Positions 1-13,372 of a stretch of DNA of 64,000 nt are shown here, piece after piece; position 1 is the stretch's first letter; every line of letters begins with the position of its first letter. The notes beneath the pieces are model-generated. The model had not been told where the DNA came from and made no database searches. It saw only the letters and a list, made by a program, of their open reading frames with translations. Position numbers and translations under genes: made by a program. This stretch comes from Rhizodiscina lignyota (lineage: Eukaryota), in contig ML978140.1 in the NCBI GenBank assembly GCA_010015805.1, positions 248,001-312,000 of the forward strand, given 5' to 3'.

Positions 1-1
1 A

Positions 2-3000
2 ACACTACCAAAGAGCAAGCTGAAGGATGAGGAAGGCGCTATTCACCGATCTGCGGTTGACAAGAAAATCGAGGCGACGCTTCCAAAGGCTGATCTGGGA
101 ACAACAAGCGCAAGGAGCCGTAAGACCAGTCATTATTTGGGCCTCTTCAAGAGCAATGATGTTCTTCTTGAGCAGCGCAGACGCGATGACAGAATTGAAG
201 AGGCAGATGAACGAGCTCTCGAAGAAGGAAAAGACTTTCGAGAGCGAATATCGGCATTCAGCGAGGCTGTTGGCCGTGGCCGGCTGAAGGACACAGCAAC
301 AACCAAAGATGTGAACGACCTCGCGGAATCTCTCGCAAGCGATAAATCGCAGAACTTGCCTCCTGACCTTCTCGATCAAATCCAAAAACATCGCGATTTC
401 ACCACTGGTGCCCTTCGACAGAGGTCCAAGAGCGAAAAGGCTGCTACGAGGACGAAGGAAGCTCCAGAGCATGTCACGTTCGATGACAACAGAATTGTTC
501 GACAAGTGTCGGGAACGGACGAGGAAGAATCCGAAAGAGAGCAGATATCGTCTGCACTGTACTTTCCTCACCGGCAGAGGACGCTCGAGGAGCAGAAGCG
601 GGACGTACAGGAGGATGATCGACCGAACACATCTCAGAGTCTTCCAGATCCAGCAGATCGAGAGTATCACGCCAAACTACAAAAGACCGAAGGCGCTCAC
701 TCTCCCGATGAAGTACAGATCTCACTTGAGGGAAGCGACGATGCTCATTGCCTCCATGGTGACCTGCCACCTTCTACCGCAGCGCAAAAAGAACTCGAAG
801 AGCGATTCATCCACTCTATTCATTCCTCAGATGTCAGTCTAACCGCATCTGAATCGGAGTATGATTCGCATGACGAGTTGACTGGTAATGAAACTGGTCC
901 CACTGATGACCTCGCTACTACCCCAACTCCCAAGGCTTCTCAAAGCGGAACACAATTGACAAAATATCGACATGAGCGTCGACCTCCAGTTCCTGTTGGT
1001 GCGGTCGAACTCAAACCCTACGATCACCAAGTTGGCGGCCATTCTACTGTTTACCGCTTCTCTCGGCGGGCTGTCTGCAAACAATTGAATAACAGAGAGA
1101 ATGTGTTCTACGAAACTGTGGAACGAAGCCATCCAGAACTGCTGGACTTCCTCCCAAGGTACGATATTTCATGCTCTCGTCCAAAAGGTTCCGAAGCTGA
1201 GACCTCAGCAAAGATTGCCCAACCCATCCGCTTCCCTCTTCGAACCGGCTATGTGACATGCTAACGAAGTGCTCTCAATTTTAGGTACATCGGAGTCCTC
1301 AACGTGACATATCGTAAAGCTCCAAAGCGACGCAAGACAAAGCAAGACGTAGACAAGGCAAGTGCTGATGTCGATCATCAGTCCAATGCTCTAGGTACCG
1401 TCTTAGATCGAATTGCCTCTACAGATCATGTCACCATGAGCGAGGGAAACGAGGGGAAACAACCTCGTATCGTGAGCCATTCCCAGCAGAATACGTCTGT
1501 ACCCCAGGTCATCTTCGACAACAATCGTCATATTATCCCTGACAACCTTTTCTCACGGTCGCCAAAGTCACTCTACAGGATGCGATCCAGCACGCCTGAT
1601 CCAGCGCCTTCACAGGACCTGGAGAATGGTACCGGGCTTGTTCCTGGCTTTGGGCATGCGTCGAGCAGCAGCAGCAGCCCATCTCGACCTTCAATGAGAC
1701 AGTATTCCAGCTGGGGCGCTACTACTGTGAATCGACAGCTCCAAGAGCAAGTTCTTAGGGAAGTATTCACAGCCCCTACGATCCACCGCCATCGCCGTCA
1801 GTCTCGTTCTGCGCACTTCCGGAGGCTTGCAAAGGAAATGACCAACAACCTGCCAACTTCGCGACAGGGACGGAGGGGCAGCCATGAAGGTTTGGCAGCA
1901 TCACAACCCTCTCTTCTTGACGTGAATCGGGCCCCAATGAGCAGAGGATCGTCTTTGATCCATTCCCCAGACCTTGATCAAGATGAAGCGCATACCGATC
2001 TAGAACCTCTGACTCTCATTCAAAGCTCGGAAGCCTCTGTGCAGATGACTCCGCAGAAGTCGTCAGACCGTGCCTCAGTGTCCTCTGCCTCCACAGTCAA
2101 AAGCTCTCGCCGACGTCGACATTCCGGCGGCGGATTGCGCCGGCGACCCTTTGGCGTTAATGACGGCCAGAGGGGAGGCCTTGAATACCATGAGAAGGAG
2201 GAAGAAGGCTATGGAGGTGACCACGAAGACGAGGTCTTTCCCATGGATGACGATCCGCCTTCCAAAATAACCACACCACACCTCAATGGCGGGCATTTTA
2301 AGTCGTCGCATATGTCGAGCATGTCATCCCGGTCTATACCGCTGATGGAATTTCCCATGAGGCCCTCTACAGCGTCCTCTCAACCAACCCCAGACAACTC
2401 AACTTTCTCAGCCAAACTCGATCCCTCGGCAGCATCTCTATCTCCTGGTGCGCTAGAGCCGCTCAATCCAGACCAAGCGGCGCAGACAAACGGCGATTCT
2501 CGCGTGCAGCACTTCATCCTACTTGAGGATCTCACTGCTGGCATGTCACACCCATGCGTCCTGGATCTGAAGATGGGCACACGGCAATACGGCGTTAATG
2601 CCACAGCAACAAAGGCGCAATCGCAGCGGCGCAAATGTCGATCTACCACTTCGCGCATGCTTGGCGTGCGAGTCTGCGGCATGCAGGTGTGGGACACGAA
2701 GCACAAGCAGTACATCTTCGAAGACAAATACTTCGGCCGTGATCTCAAGGCAGGAAAGGAATTCCAAGATGCTCTAAAGCGTTTCTTCTGGGATGGCAAG
2801 GGATATGCTGCCGCAAGAAAGCACATACCCATTGTTCTGAAGAAGCTGAGAACGCTCGAGTCGCTCGTCAAGGGACTGCCTGCGTGGCGGTTTTACGCAA
2901 GCAGTCTGCTTATGATGTACGACCGTGGAGAAGCTGACGGCGAAGATGGTGACGCTCTCAAGGATGGTGAGAAAGTCAATAATGAAGCTGGTAAGGATCA

Positions 3001-3382
3001 TGGACTTCAAATGAAGGGAAGACCGCCCGCAGCAACCTCAGCCTCCAACGTCTCTGGCCCCTCGGAAATCAAGCTCAAGATTGTCGACTTTGCAAACTGC
3101 GTCACGGCGGAGGGCGGCCCGCACTTCAACCCAGAATCTCATTCTTGGGACGTGACCTGCCCGCCGAAAAACCCTGAAGGCGTTGACCGCGGCTACTTGC
3201 GTGGCCTGCGTAGCCTAAGGATCTACTTCCAGCGTATCTGGAATGAGATCAACGACGAGGGCAGAGTCAACCGCGGCGAAGATGACGCAGAAGAAGTCGG
3301 CAAAGGGGCCAGTGGAGGCTGGGAGTGGGATGAAGGCGTGGTCTCAGACGATGGCGAGGATGCAGGCCTGGTCAGCGAGTAG
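2..3382 (+). CDS. KCS1: Inositol hexakisphosphate/polyphosphate kinase (IPK family), 5'-truncated; exons <2-1158, 1285-3382
   Basis: Frame is open from position 2 (RSRKTSHYLGLFK). Motifs: LKPYDHQVGGH, spliced PRYIGVLNV, FILLEDLT, PCVLDLKMGTRQYG (PxxxDxKxG), FYASSLL, IVDFAN. Intron 1159-1284 is GTACGA...GCTAAC...TAG. Confidence 0.93.
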
Positions 3383-6300
3383 TAGTGGTGGTAGGTATAC
3401 GCTGTGCAATCCACCATCATTCTCATTCGTTTCTATCCATGGAAAGGGAGGAACGCAACACATGGAGCTCTCAGGGTTTGACGGTTCGGTTTTCTTCCTA
3501 CCTTTCGACTTGACGCTTTCACGGTTTTCAAGAATGGCATAGCGCAGCATTTCTCGGCGCCTTATACCGGAATCCTTTTCTAACCCCCTTTCTTTTCTTC
3601 TCGTCAAAGCGGTCTTCCGCTTTTTGTCTCATACATACCATTATGCTGCGTGGCATTTGCGTTTAGCAAGGCGTCTGGGCTTTCTTACTACAACTGTGGC
3701 GGGTTCAGTCTTCTGATCCTGTTCACCATTCTTGGCGTTGTCTTTCGCTTGGTTGTATATATTCACCCATGCGCGCATGAACCGTGCTAGACGGTGTAGT
3801 GTAGGATGCGAATATGAGATAAGTCCATACATACGTGTCCATCAGTGGTGCGAGATCCCACAAGAGGTGATATAATCAAATGAGCAGCCGTTTGCACTGG
3901 GGCATATATACAGGAGAAGGACGTGGTGGGGTACAGCTTAGCATTTCTGGATTATTGGATTCCTCTCCAGCCGCCAACACACTCAATGCTTGGGGTCGCT
4001 TTCGGTGCATCATTCGACCCTACCCATTGCACTGGAAAGCGGGGATAGGAGTGTGGAGAAAGGAGATACCAAGAATCGGAGCAAATTGGCGAGTACGAAT
4101 CGAGTGCAGGGTCTTCAGTGAAGATTGCCCCTTTCTGACAGGTGCAGATGGCGTCTTTCATCACCGGAATACGTACATGAATCCTCCGGAAACCCTGAAG
4201 AGGTCATGTACAAGATCGAAATAATGTCACAGGGACTCTCACGGGTGCCGATCAACTCCGTGCGAAGTCTCATCATACAGCAAAGGTGGCTTCTCAGCAG
4301 CTTATTCCACCGGAATCGTGAGTCCACCGGGATTGGACGCTGAACGAAAAGCAGAGGATATACCAATATCAATAATGAGTTCTAGCTACTGCGCAGCCAA
4401 AATAATGCAGCTTTTCTTTCAACTTGTGTCTACCACGCATTATCGCTTCCCAAATTGTAAATTTTCTTCGTTGGTTTCTGCTCCAACTTATTCAAGATCA
4501 TCAATTGCAGCGCTTCAACTCCGGTGGATTCACGACTCCGGTGGACTACGTTAAAAGATGCCCTTGCGTATACGCGATCCATTTGACATTGCTGATCACG
4601 CCGACTTTTCGCTGGTCGTTCTGATTCGTTCAGCCTCTCATGTCCGGAAAGTCGGCCTGAGTCTGTCGCAACCGTCGTTCCGACGTCGGCGCCACAACAA
4701 TTGATTCAATGGCGACAACGGAGAAGGGAAGCCCTCATTTTAAAGCTGTACAGACGAGCTATTCCATCGGGAATTTCAGGAAGCTTATGCAAGCGAAGAG
4801 GATACAGGTGTATGGCAGACCCTACAACTGAAATGGTCCTAAGGCCGTAGATGCAGCCCTGGACGATCAAAGGATTCCCGTTCGGTGGCTGCAAGGAATG
4901 ACAGGGGGGCTTGGACGAATGTATGAATTGATCAGTGCGGCTTTTTGATGCACGCAAACGCGGCACCTCTGCCACAACAGTTTCGAAGACATGAGCAGGA
5001 ATTGGACGAGACGATCTGATGGATGGCAATTGCATCTTACCTGCAGACTCACGTTGGAGATTGGCCGTTCTCTGAACGCCATCGAGGCGGCCTGCTCTCC
5101 GCAATTTGGAAAATTTTCCATTCTCCACGGCCATGAATCGTGGAGTGTGTGGGGCAGCGAAAAGTCTGGAGCACATCAAACGATACCCCATGAATAGCAT
5201 CTCCATGGTTTCCCCAATGTCTTCTCCAAATTGGACACGGCCTTTTATCTCACCCTTTTGCACATCACATGCACCCAGCCATCCTCACCATTCTCAGAGG
5301 AGCAAGGGCCTGGCCCGAAGCCCGATTCATTCCCGCCCCTGCACATGCAGCACGTCAACTCTCCGCGTTTCGGTTTGCCGCAGACGGCCGGTTGGCAACG
5401 GCTCATCCTCCAGGGTTTGCCCGTCCCAGCAGCAGCATGCCGCTAGACGCCGAGACATTTTCTGCGAGTGGTGCATCGACAAAGACGGAAACCATACCGT
5501 ACGGAAACAATTTTTATAAATGGTGCAGATTTCGTGTACGGTTTCCTCCGCCTGCCTCGTAGATGTCGGATAGAGGCACGGGCTGGGAGATTGATGGAAC
5601 GGCAAGTTCCAGCATCGTGATTGAACTTGAGGTTGGCCGTTGCCGCTTTGCCGTGATTAGGGATGGCTCATGAATTGGTTCAGTGAGGGAGTTTACTGCA
5701 GGCACGGGGGTGGCTCGATTGCATTCACAGAGGGCCTGACTCGCTGCTATCGCTCGTGGAGGCTGGCCGCTGGTGACTCGCTAGAGTACCTGTTCGTGTA
5801 GGGGACGGGGCCTGAAGTCTGAGCAGCAGATGCGGTTCCGCATCGAACGGCTAGCCGGTGGTGCCGATCGGAATTAGCAGCCCGTTATGGCTGAGGAAGG
5901 TCGTGAAAAGCGCGAGCGCGTGTGCCAAAGTATATACGCCGTCTAGCCAATTGCGGGCGTGAGCGTTGACGTCCGAAGCTCGCTTGCTTCTCGGCGCTTT
6001 CGACGGCGATTTGCCTCCTCCAACGTTCCCCACATATCTGCCCATGGGTCACACGCGTCGTGGTAGGAGCGTTGTCATCCTCATTTTAAGGTCGATGCGT
6101 TCGACATCGACAACAACAGAGACGGCGGAGGGAGAGCAGCAACGACTTGGGCCTCCAGACCACGTTGCTGCTGCGTGGACGCCGCGACTCAGTAGCTGTT
6201 CGTCCCGCACTCTCTAGCAGGAGCACTAGGCCGGAAAGCAGAGCAGTTCACAGTCGACGTCTAAGCCTCGAAGGTTCCTTACCTTAGCTGCAGCCTCTGG

Positions 6301-6619
6301 CCCGAGCGGATTTTGTATTCCGAAGATGCCCGACTCGGCCTGGTGCGCCCCAGTCTCTCCATAGTCCATTCCCAAGCATTCCCATGTGGACCCCCGCAAG
6401 CTCCAGCTACGACCCATGATGCGGCGCACCGTCGTCCAAGCGCGTCAACTGCGCTTTATTCATCATGGATCGCGCGGAGGGACTAATCGGCCTCCTACAT
6501 AATGACCACCATCCCCCTGCACGCGTGGTGTTGTTGAGCGACTGCCCCTCCATACATATACCTGCCCCTCCTACCCCCATCTCTATATATCAATTGACAA
6601 TACTCACGCGCCCGCCACC

Positions 6620-9600
6620 ATGTCCGACTCGAGCACCCTCGACGGCCAGGAGCAGCAATCAAAGCCAGCACCAAGCCAATCGTCCGCCCAGAATCAGAAA
6701 CGAAAGGCCTCTGCCGCCGGCCTCGATGGCGCCAGCGGTCCTGCCCATGGACGCTCGGTGAAGAGGAGGGCGTCGAAGGCATGCCAGTGCTGCAGAGCAC
6801 GCAAAGTGCGTTGCAATGTCACCGAGCACGGCGCTCCCTGCACCAATTGCCGGCTCGACGAGGTGGAATGCATCGTATCAGAGAGCCGTCGTAAGAAGTA
6901 AGTCGTCCGATGCAATCAGATGCTATCAGATGCAAAGCCGTCACAGTCCCACCTGCTCTCGTACTTCCCAATTTCCGTTCTTTCTTTGGCCATCGTATCA
7001 ATGACATTACTGTGCTGCACTGGAACCGTCATTTTACATTGCCGCATGTTGTTGCCGCTACGGCCGGAGATGGCTGACAGTTCGGCGCAGGAAGTGGACC
7101 AAGGATGACGAAGGGCCCGTTGATGCGAACAACGTGTCGTCAGCGAATCGGAAACTCGCCTCGCGCGGAAATGCGCTGGACAGCCTGCAGATGCGGGCCT
7201 CGGCTTCGCGGAGGTCACATGACTTCACCGACATCAGACGCGACGAGCACGTCCCCCATTCAATCTGTGAGTCGTTCGCTCGGACAAGCACTTCCGGCAT
7301 TTTGTAGATCGAGTTTGCTAAGACGTCGCGTGCTCAAGACCAAACTCATGGCCGACGCCTCACGATGAGCGGCTTCCAGCCGCTCAATCGCAGGCTCTCC
7401 ATGACTACAGGCTCTCCCAGCGCCTTTCCCTTCCTCGGCGGGAGCCCACTCGCAGAAGCGCGGCAGCAGTTCTTCTCCCACATCGCACCCCCGTCTCTGC
7501 CCTACTTTATCAAGCCGCTTCCGCCCCGCATTGGACCGGATGAAGTGGCATATTTGGAGAAGAAGGGCGCTCTCGCTGTTCCCGCAGTTGGACTCCGGAA
7601 TGAGCTGTTGCGGGCGTACATTGAATTCGTGCATCCATTCATGCCACTGCTTGATCTGTACGACTTTGTGATGATTGTCGAGAGCGGCAATGGCACGCTC
7701 GGCCGGATCAGCTTGATCCTCTTCCAGGCTGTAATGTTTGCTGGCTCTGCCTTCTGTGACATGGAGCATCTGCGAAATGCAGGATATATGTCGAGGAAAG
7801 AGGCCAGGAAGGACTTCTTCCAGAAGACTAGGGTAAGCTGCTCGTCGATCCCGTGACAAGTGCCATATTGACAAGACATTAAGCTGCTGTATGACTTCGA
7901 TTACGAGCAAGACCGCGTCTCCCTTGTTCAGGCATTACTTCTTCTTACGTATTACTACGAGACTCCGGATGACCAGAAGGATACTTGGCACTGGATGGGC
8001 GTTGCGACGTCAGTAGCTCACACTATTGGCCTGCACAGGAACCCTGATAAGTCGAACATGGACTCGAAGAGAACAAAACTGTGGAAGCGGATTTGGTGGT
8101 CGACTTATATGCGAGATCGCCTGATTGCGCTGGGCATGCGCCGACCGACTCGTATAAAGACGGAGGATTATGACGTGCCAATGCTAACCCTCGACGACTT
8201 TGAGTTCGTGTCGATTCCAGACTCTGTTACTTGCGTCCCATCCGACACGCTTCTGGCGAGGAACATGGATCATCAGCGCCAGATGGCAATCATGTGCATT
8301 GAGAAGGCGAAGCTTTGCCTCTGCATCAGTCACGTGCTGTCGAAGCAATACTGCGTGCTTAACAACAACCAAGGCATGGTCAACGACCGGACGACCATGA
8401 TGCTCCTTCCAAAGAAGTCGGATCCCGAGACCTGCGAGGTCAAAGCGTGCGACGATGAGCTGCAGCAGTGGCTTGACGAGCTCCCAGAAGAAGCGCGGTA
8501 CCAAGAGGAATTCACTGGCAACCCAGCCATTGACCTGAACAGAGCACTGTTGCACATGGTCTTCTTCACCACGCTCTCTGCGCTTCATCGACCGCAGGTT
8601 CTCCCGTCGGCGCCATCTGCTGGCCCTCAGAGCGAGGCGAATGCTGAGCTTCTGGAAGTCTCACGCCGCAGTGTCCGCCGCGCTGCATCGGCCATTACGT
8701 CCATGGCGCAGTCTCTGGACAATCATAGCTTGGTTCGCTACCTTCCTACGACAGGTGTCACAGTCCTACTGCCCGCCATTATTATCCATTTGCTCGACAT
8801 CAAGTCTTCTGAGGAAGAGACGCGCCGCAACAGCCTTCGAGGCTTCTGCCAGTGCATGCAAGTCATGGGCAAGCTCCGCGATATCTACGCCGCTGCGGAT
8901 TACAGCACTGCTTTCCTCGAGGCTGCGATCCGCAAGGCAGGCATCCAAATTGCGGCACCTCCAGAGCCTTATGTCAATCCTACGACTCTGAACCACGGCC
9001 TGCCTGTCAGCCCCGAAACCGATAGCTCTCAGACTGTCAGCGGTGTCGAGGCTCTTGTCAATGCGGGTAGGCGCATGGAAATGCACGAGAGCAGTCAGAG
9101 TCCACCGGACCCCACGCCCAACATTGCCTCAATCACCATCCCAAGGACGATCACACCGCCGCCAGATGTCAGCTCTGGTGACATGAACGTACAGAATGGC
9201 ATTGTAACGGACGAAGAAGTCGCTCGCCGTCTTGAGACCTTCCTAGCGTCGACCCCTCCCGATTCAGACCACAGTTCTGGCGCTTCCGAGACGAATAGCA
9301 CCATCATCGTCGGCGGTTCGGGCTACAATCCGGCAAAAGACATCATTGCGGCCGCTTCGCTTGCCGATCAGGAAGCGAAGATGCAGGTGTCTGCGGCAAT
9401 GCAGCAATCGCACAACCTTACTGGCTCACTCGACTTTTCAAACGACACCTTGTTTCCAATGTGGCAGAACAACATCCCTGATTTCGACGAAAACGACTTT
9501 GACAATCTCCTTAACATGGACGCCGTGGGCGAGGCATTCAGCTTCGAGGGTGGCTTGGAAGCTGCGGTCAAATTGCAAGATGCAGGGCTTGGTGGCGGTC

Positions 9601-9653
9601 TTACTGGCGAGGGCTGGAACCTAGGAATGGGCGCGTCGGCTTCTGCTGTGTAG
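6620..9653 (+). CDS. farB: Zn2Cys6 transcription factor, FarB/cutinase transcription factor 1-beta type; exons 6620-6897, 7091-7266, 7339-7832, 7884-9653
   Basis: Binuclear cluster RASKACQCCRARKVRCNV...PCTNCRLDEVEC. Spliced HVPHSIYQ. Fungal TF middle domain LLYDFDYEQDR...YYYETPDDQKDTWHWMG...LWKRIWW...RDRLIALGMRRP. Three GT-AG introns keep the frame. Confidence 0.88.
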
Positions 9654-11192
9654 GCAGCATACATTATACGGATTTGATCCTTACAGTTGATCGGCACGAT
9701 TTTCTGCGATGCTCGTTGCAATCGAGAACGAGAGTTATGGGACGATCGGGGAGTTAGCTTTTTTTCTTTTCACAGGCTGCATTAACAATCGGTTGGCTCG
9801 CATTGGGCGGCGCTGGTGCTTCTGGAACGACGGCTAAATACGTTACATTGGACCCTGATCTCAGGATTGGGAGCGCATCTACGAAATCGAGACATGTTGG
9901 TGTTGGATTATATGGCTGGCGCGGGATTGTCGGGAGGGCTAAGGGTTACTTTTCTTTCTCTGTACATACCCTTGACGGCCGATACGATAGATGAGTCTCT
10001 TATAACTACAAAAATTGAACGACGATACTACAAACCGCATCTTCCGAATACGTCCTTGCTCTCTGGGTATACATCTCGCAACAGAGCCAAAATAGCCTCA
10101 CTTGAAGAGGATGTATCTACGTTCATTGCTTGTAGGATATCGCATATACAAACTTTCGATCCCCGTCTTATTCCCAAATGATCATCGTCAGCCATCTCCA
10201 TCATCTCCCGTTCACCAACCTCCCCCTCCCCCTCCAGGCTCCCCTCCAAAAAGCCCTGCATATCGCCAGCCCCACATCTGCCCATACACCGTCCAGCTGG
10301 CACCCACCACCACGGTGCCATGGCCGTTCCCCGCACCCGTCCTTCTCCACGCCGCGCTAACGTCGTGCAATTGCTGTCAGGGCAAACGTGATGCTAATTC
10401 CCGCCGGCGTCGCCTAAACGCCGAAATGACCTCTTCCCAAGGCTGATCTGAGGTAGCACGGTCCAGATCAGCCACCACTATTTTCGCCGACTGGAGGGTG
10501 ACGAAAGCTGCAATCGCCGAGAAATGCCGCCAAGTGCCGCGCGCTCGCCTGGGGTGCGCTGGGCGACGAGTTGGGCAAGTGGGGGAATGCGATGCAATGG
10601 ACGAGAGGAAGTTTGGAGAGGCGGGGCAATCGAGACTGCTCACGATTCAGGTTGGAGGGGGCGAAGGCGTCTCTGCGCCCTGCTTTGGGGCAATGGATGG
10701 CGGGGAAGCAGAGTGTGGCGGCCGCGTGGACGTTGGCAAACGGTTTCAACGGCACGCAATGGGCAGGAGAGACTAACGTACGCGAACCGGTCCTGGCGGT
10801 CTTCTGTCCGCGAAGGAGGCGTTGGTTTTGGATTTACATGTTTTGCTGGCTCTATGGTAGGTAGTATGTATCCTGTCCTGCTGACCGGTGTTGCTATTGC
10901 TGGCTGGATGGGGGGATTTGTTTGAGGGGGAGGAGGGGTTCTCTCTGATCAGATGCAGTACAGCTGTACTCTCATGCCTGCCTTGGCATGGGTTGCTTGG
11001 ATGAAACCGGGTATCTTTTTATGGTCTATACATTAGAGGCCGTGGCCACCTCAGTCCCAAGGCCGAGATTTCGGGATAGTCACTTCTCATCCTCCCAATC
11101 CAAAGCCTGTTTGAAATTTGTATACTCACTGCTGCCTCCAGTCCTCTATGTCTTTGATGTTCCCAATTGATGAAAATCCTTGGCCGATCCGA

Positions 11193-12621
11193 TCACGACT
11201 CCTGCCTCCACCTCTTTTCCCTGACCTGCTCCGCCTGCTTCACCTCCTTGCCGTCATGGAGGTGTCCGCAATCTCCACCAACCGTCTTCTTCCACGCCCA
11301 GTATTCTCCAAGTCTAACCTGCGCGTAAGAAGCATAGTCAAAGTCGATTTGGCTGATTGTGGCCTGTATCAGAGCCCAGACACCCCAATAAAAGCCTGGC
11401 ATCCCTCTGAACGCATCGACCTCTGCCATGAGATAGTCGAGCTCGTCGCATATCCGCTTGGAGTTGCCATTGGCACCACTCTGACTCTGGTGGAACGAGT
11501 GGTAGCTGTGCAGATACGCCTCGAGGAAGTCACGGCGTTGCCGTTGAGTTGGCAGCACGGAGAAGTCGCAGTCGAAGCCGCCCCATTCGGCGAAGTGGTT
11601 GGCAATGTCGAATGCTGCTGGAGCAGGCGTGGCGTACTCGTAGTCGATGAAGCTGACATCCATCTCCCTCGGATTGCCATTGTTGGACGAAGCATGGCTT
11701 GACGTTGGAGTCGCTGGGCTGGCATCTGACGAGGACTCGCCGTTCGCTTGAGACTCATGCATGATGACATTCCCACTGAGTAAGTCACAGTGACTGAAAA
11801 CGAAGCCTGATGGGTCGGATGACCCAACTCCATGAACATTGCCCAGATGCTTTACGATCCATGGCAACTCTCCCGCGAGCATCGCTTTGCGTCCTATCTC
11901 TACCCCAGTGTCAGATGGTAGTGCCGCAATCCACCTGCTGATGACTGTCCAGAGGTTTGGCACTGGCTTGCCCGGCGTGATGTGTGCATAGTCGTCTTTG
12001 GCACCGTCTGTGATGAGCGACGTTGGAATCTTGGCGTGCCATTCACCAAGTTTACGAGCAATGCCTCGAGAAACTTCTGGTCGCCGCATGTCGGCCGGCG
12101 AAGTGACATTGCCTTCGATAAATTTGTACATTAGACCATTGTCGAAGCGTGCGAGGAGTGGAGGAGCGAGATTGTTCTCGGCGCACAGAGAGTGCGAGAG
12201 GCATTCTCCTAATAGCCCAGATTGTCAGACCCAACGAACTGCAGGGTATTACTTTTTCAACGTACTTTCCCTATCTATGAGTAGGTGTGTACCATGCCCA
12301 TAGGCTCGCAATAACACTGCATCCTCGTTGATCTGGTGCTGAGAGAGGCCAGGCCGGCGGTTCTCAGCTTTGTAGAGCTATATCGCGGTCAACTCCGCGC
12401 CTGAGAAGCCGGGGGGATTTAGGCATGGGTGCTTGCCTCTCACGTACGTTGTTTGTGATGCCATCGGTGAAGCGAAGGAATCTGATATGCTCCTTGGTCT
12501 TCTCCCACTCCGGGTACAGTGCGAGGACCAGCTCTAGAACGCTCTCGTCACCCTTCTCAGTGTCGTATTGTTTGTGTATGCGGCGCAATGGCGCCAGCTT
12601 CTCCTCGAAAGAGTTCGTCAT
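11193..12621 (-). CDS. Ethanolamine/choline kinase; exons 12621-12448, 12377-12266, 12208-11193
   Basis: FTDGITN, LLRAYG...LIDRERE, Brenner motif FSHCDLLSGNV, FIDYEY, FDIANHFAEWGG, FYWGVWALIQ...IDFDY. Canonical introns. Confidence 0.92.
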
Positions 12622-13372
12622 CGTGCTGAGAGGTTTCCAGGAGAGCCAGCTCCAGCGTCGAGGGTGGTTGTTGCGGGGCGACTGTGCTGCTTTGTTAGAG
12701 ATGCGGTTCGAAGAAATGCGGTCTGAAGTCCAGAGCCAGGGGTAGCTGGGCAGAGCAACAACAGAGCACCTCACGGAATTGGACAGGACTTACGGGTGGC
12801 GCAAGAGATCAATTGACGTGAGAGTGAGTTATTCCATGGGAGTTGACCGCTTGTATAGAAATTTCGATGCAGCAGAACGTGGTCGCATGCTCCATCAATA
12901 CTTGCAGCGGGTGCAGGGGACAGGCGCCTATTCTTAACCACGTCCCACAATGCCCAGACCGGTTACGTAGCACCGCGCCCCTGCTGGCATGTGATCGACG
13001 GCAATTGCCCCTGTCGTAGAGTGCTACTCCGACGACTCGCAATAGGCTCGCACTTTCTTCAATTTCAAGGACAGCAGCGAGAAGGGTCAGATGCATATAT
13101 GTCCATGGGAGCAGCTCGCCAGTGAGAATCCCCTGCCGCTGGGCGTGTCAGTCTCCCGTCCTTGGCGCCTGATCTGGCTTATCATCGCCTCGCACATCCA
13201 ACCAGCGCGCATATTCTGATAAGGCTCCAGATCGCGCAGAGATCCACTGCATTTGCAGGCAGGAGGCGCTCAGGGAAAGACAAAGTGTCGTTTTTCCGCG
13301 GCATTGAACTTTGATTGAAAACAATGCCCTTGCCGCTTTCTGCGAGGCTCGACGTCCAAAGCTTCTAGAGCC

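Noticed and set aside
3400..6600. Several 60-185 aa ORFs between KCS1 and farB, including an overlapping uORF at 6465
   Set aside because: No recognisable motifs or consistent splice model. The 6465 ATG lies upstream of the TATA-like sequence near 6584.
12622..12774. AUG-less in-frame extensions of ethanolamine kinase (and similarly TMA17 and ACL4)
   Set aside because: Short, composition compatible with ordinary 5' UTRs, and the AUG starts already give complete proteins.
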